From the human T2T-CHM13v2.0 reference genome, Homo sapiens: 64,000 bases of DNA. The notes beneath the pieces were generated by a model. It ran no database searches. It saw only the letters and a program-made list of their open reading frames with translations, and was not told the DNA's origin. Below, piece by piece: positions 62,373-64,000 of this stretch; the first letter of the stretch is position 1, and every line of letters starts with the position of its first letter. The stretch lies in the NCBI RefSeq assembly GCF_009914755.1, contig NC_060944.1; one strand, 5' to 3'. The position numbers and the translations under genes were made by a program.

Positions 62373-62746
62373 AAAGTTCAACAATCCTATAGGTCTATCT
62401 TAATTACTTTTATAGGAATGAAGAGTATCAGAATTATTTCTCAATTATATATATTTAGTTTTCATTTCTACAGAGAAAGAGGTCAACAAAGTTTTGTGAA
62501 CTAAATTGTATAAGTTTCTTTTTTAGGAAAGGACTTCACAGAGAACAAGGCAAAGAATAAGTAATACAACAGCAAATTTCCAAAAAATTCAAGTAGAATC
62601 AAACTTTGACTATAGATTTGGTCAAATTAGTGCTAAACAGCCTCTTTAACAACATTATTATTCAACTGATTTATATAATTTGCTTTTTAGTAGTCAAATA
62701 CATTGTTTTAAATCTTAATTATTTTTGATTATAAAATACATGCTTA

Positions 62747-63685
<939 letters not shown>

Positions 63686-64000
63686 AAAAAAAGGTTTTCT
63701 GAGGAAGTATGATCAGAAGAAAATGGAATGTGCTTGAAAGAGATCTAAAGGGCCATGGAAGTTAAAAGGTTTAACTCTATAGAACAGAACACGAAGTATG
63801 GAAAGGTTCTTTTTAAAAACACTTGTCTTTTGGAACAAAATCCAAATTGTCCCCATGATTTCGTCCTTTGACATTATGTTCATCTTGGTTATCTTAGTCT
63901 TTTCTCAGACTTCACAGACAATTATCTAAAAGCCCCTGGCTAAGTGAATGCTTATGACTGTGGTCACAAATGGATGGCTTGGATTTTATTTGTCTTGCAG

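Overview
Human-type (Alu/L1-rich primate) genomic DNA that I recognise as the DZANK1/POLR3F locus (chr20p11.23, from recall). DZANK1 is on the minus strand: a likely non-coding exon 1 near 42.1 kb, then nine coding exons from the ATG at 40444 down to 2166, continuing beyond the left edge. It shares a CpG-island bidirectional promoter with POLR3F (RNA Pol III subunit RPC6/RPC39, plus strand). All nine POLR3F coding exons (42607-58658) splice into 951 nt, i.e. 316 aa plus stop. Also present: MIR3192 in POLR3F intron 2, a tail-less 3'-truncated 5S rRNA retropseudogene, an Alu-interrupted RPL21 processed pseudogene, probably the distal RBBP9 3'UTR, and many Alu/L1/LTR/DNA-transposon remnants. Most ORFs in the supplied track are repeat-derived noise. 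I found no wholly new gene system. The best unexplained structures are candidate post-transcriptional controls on POLR3F: (i) an 80-bp copy of the exon-5 end plus donor that creates a potential 19-nt frameshifting microexon followed by AATAAA; (ii) an upstream exon-2 acceptor giving a stop followed 2 nt later by an in-frame ATG; (iii) an LTR-donated distal poly(A) signal. Repeat subfamily names and boundaries are by eye and approximate.
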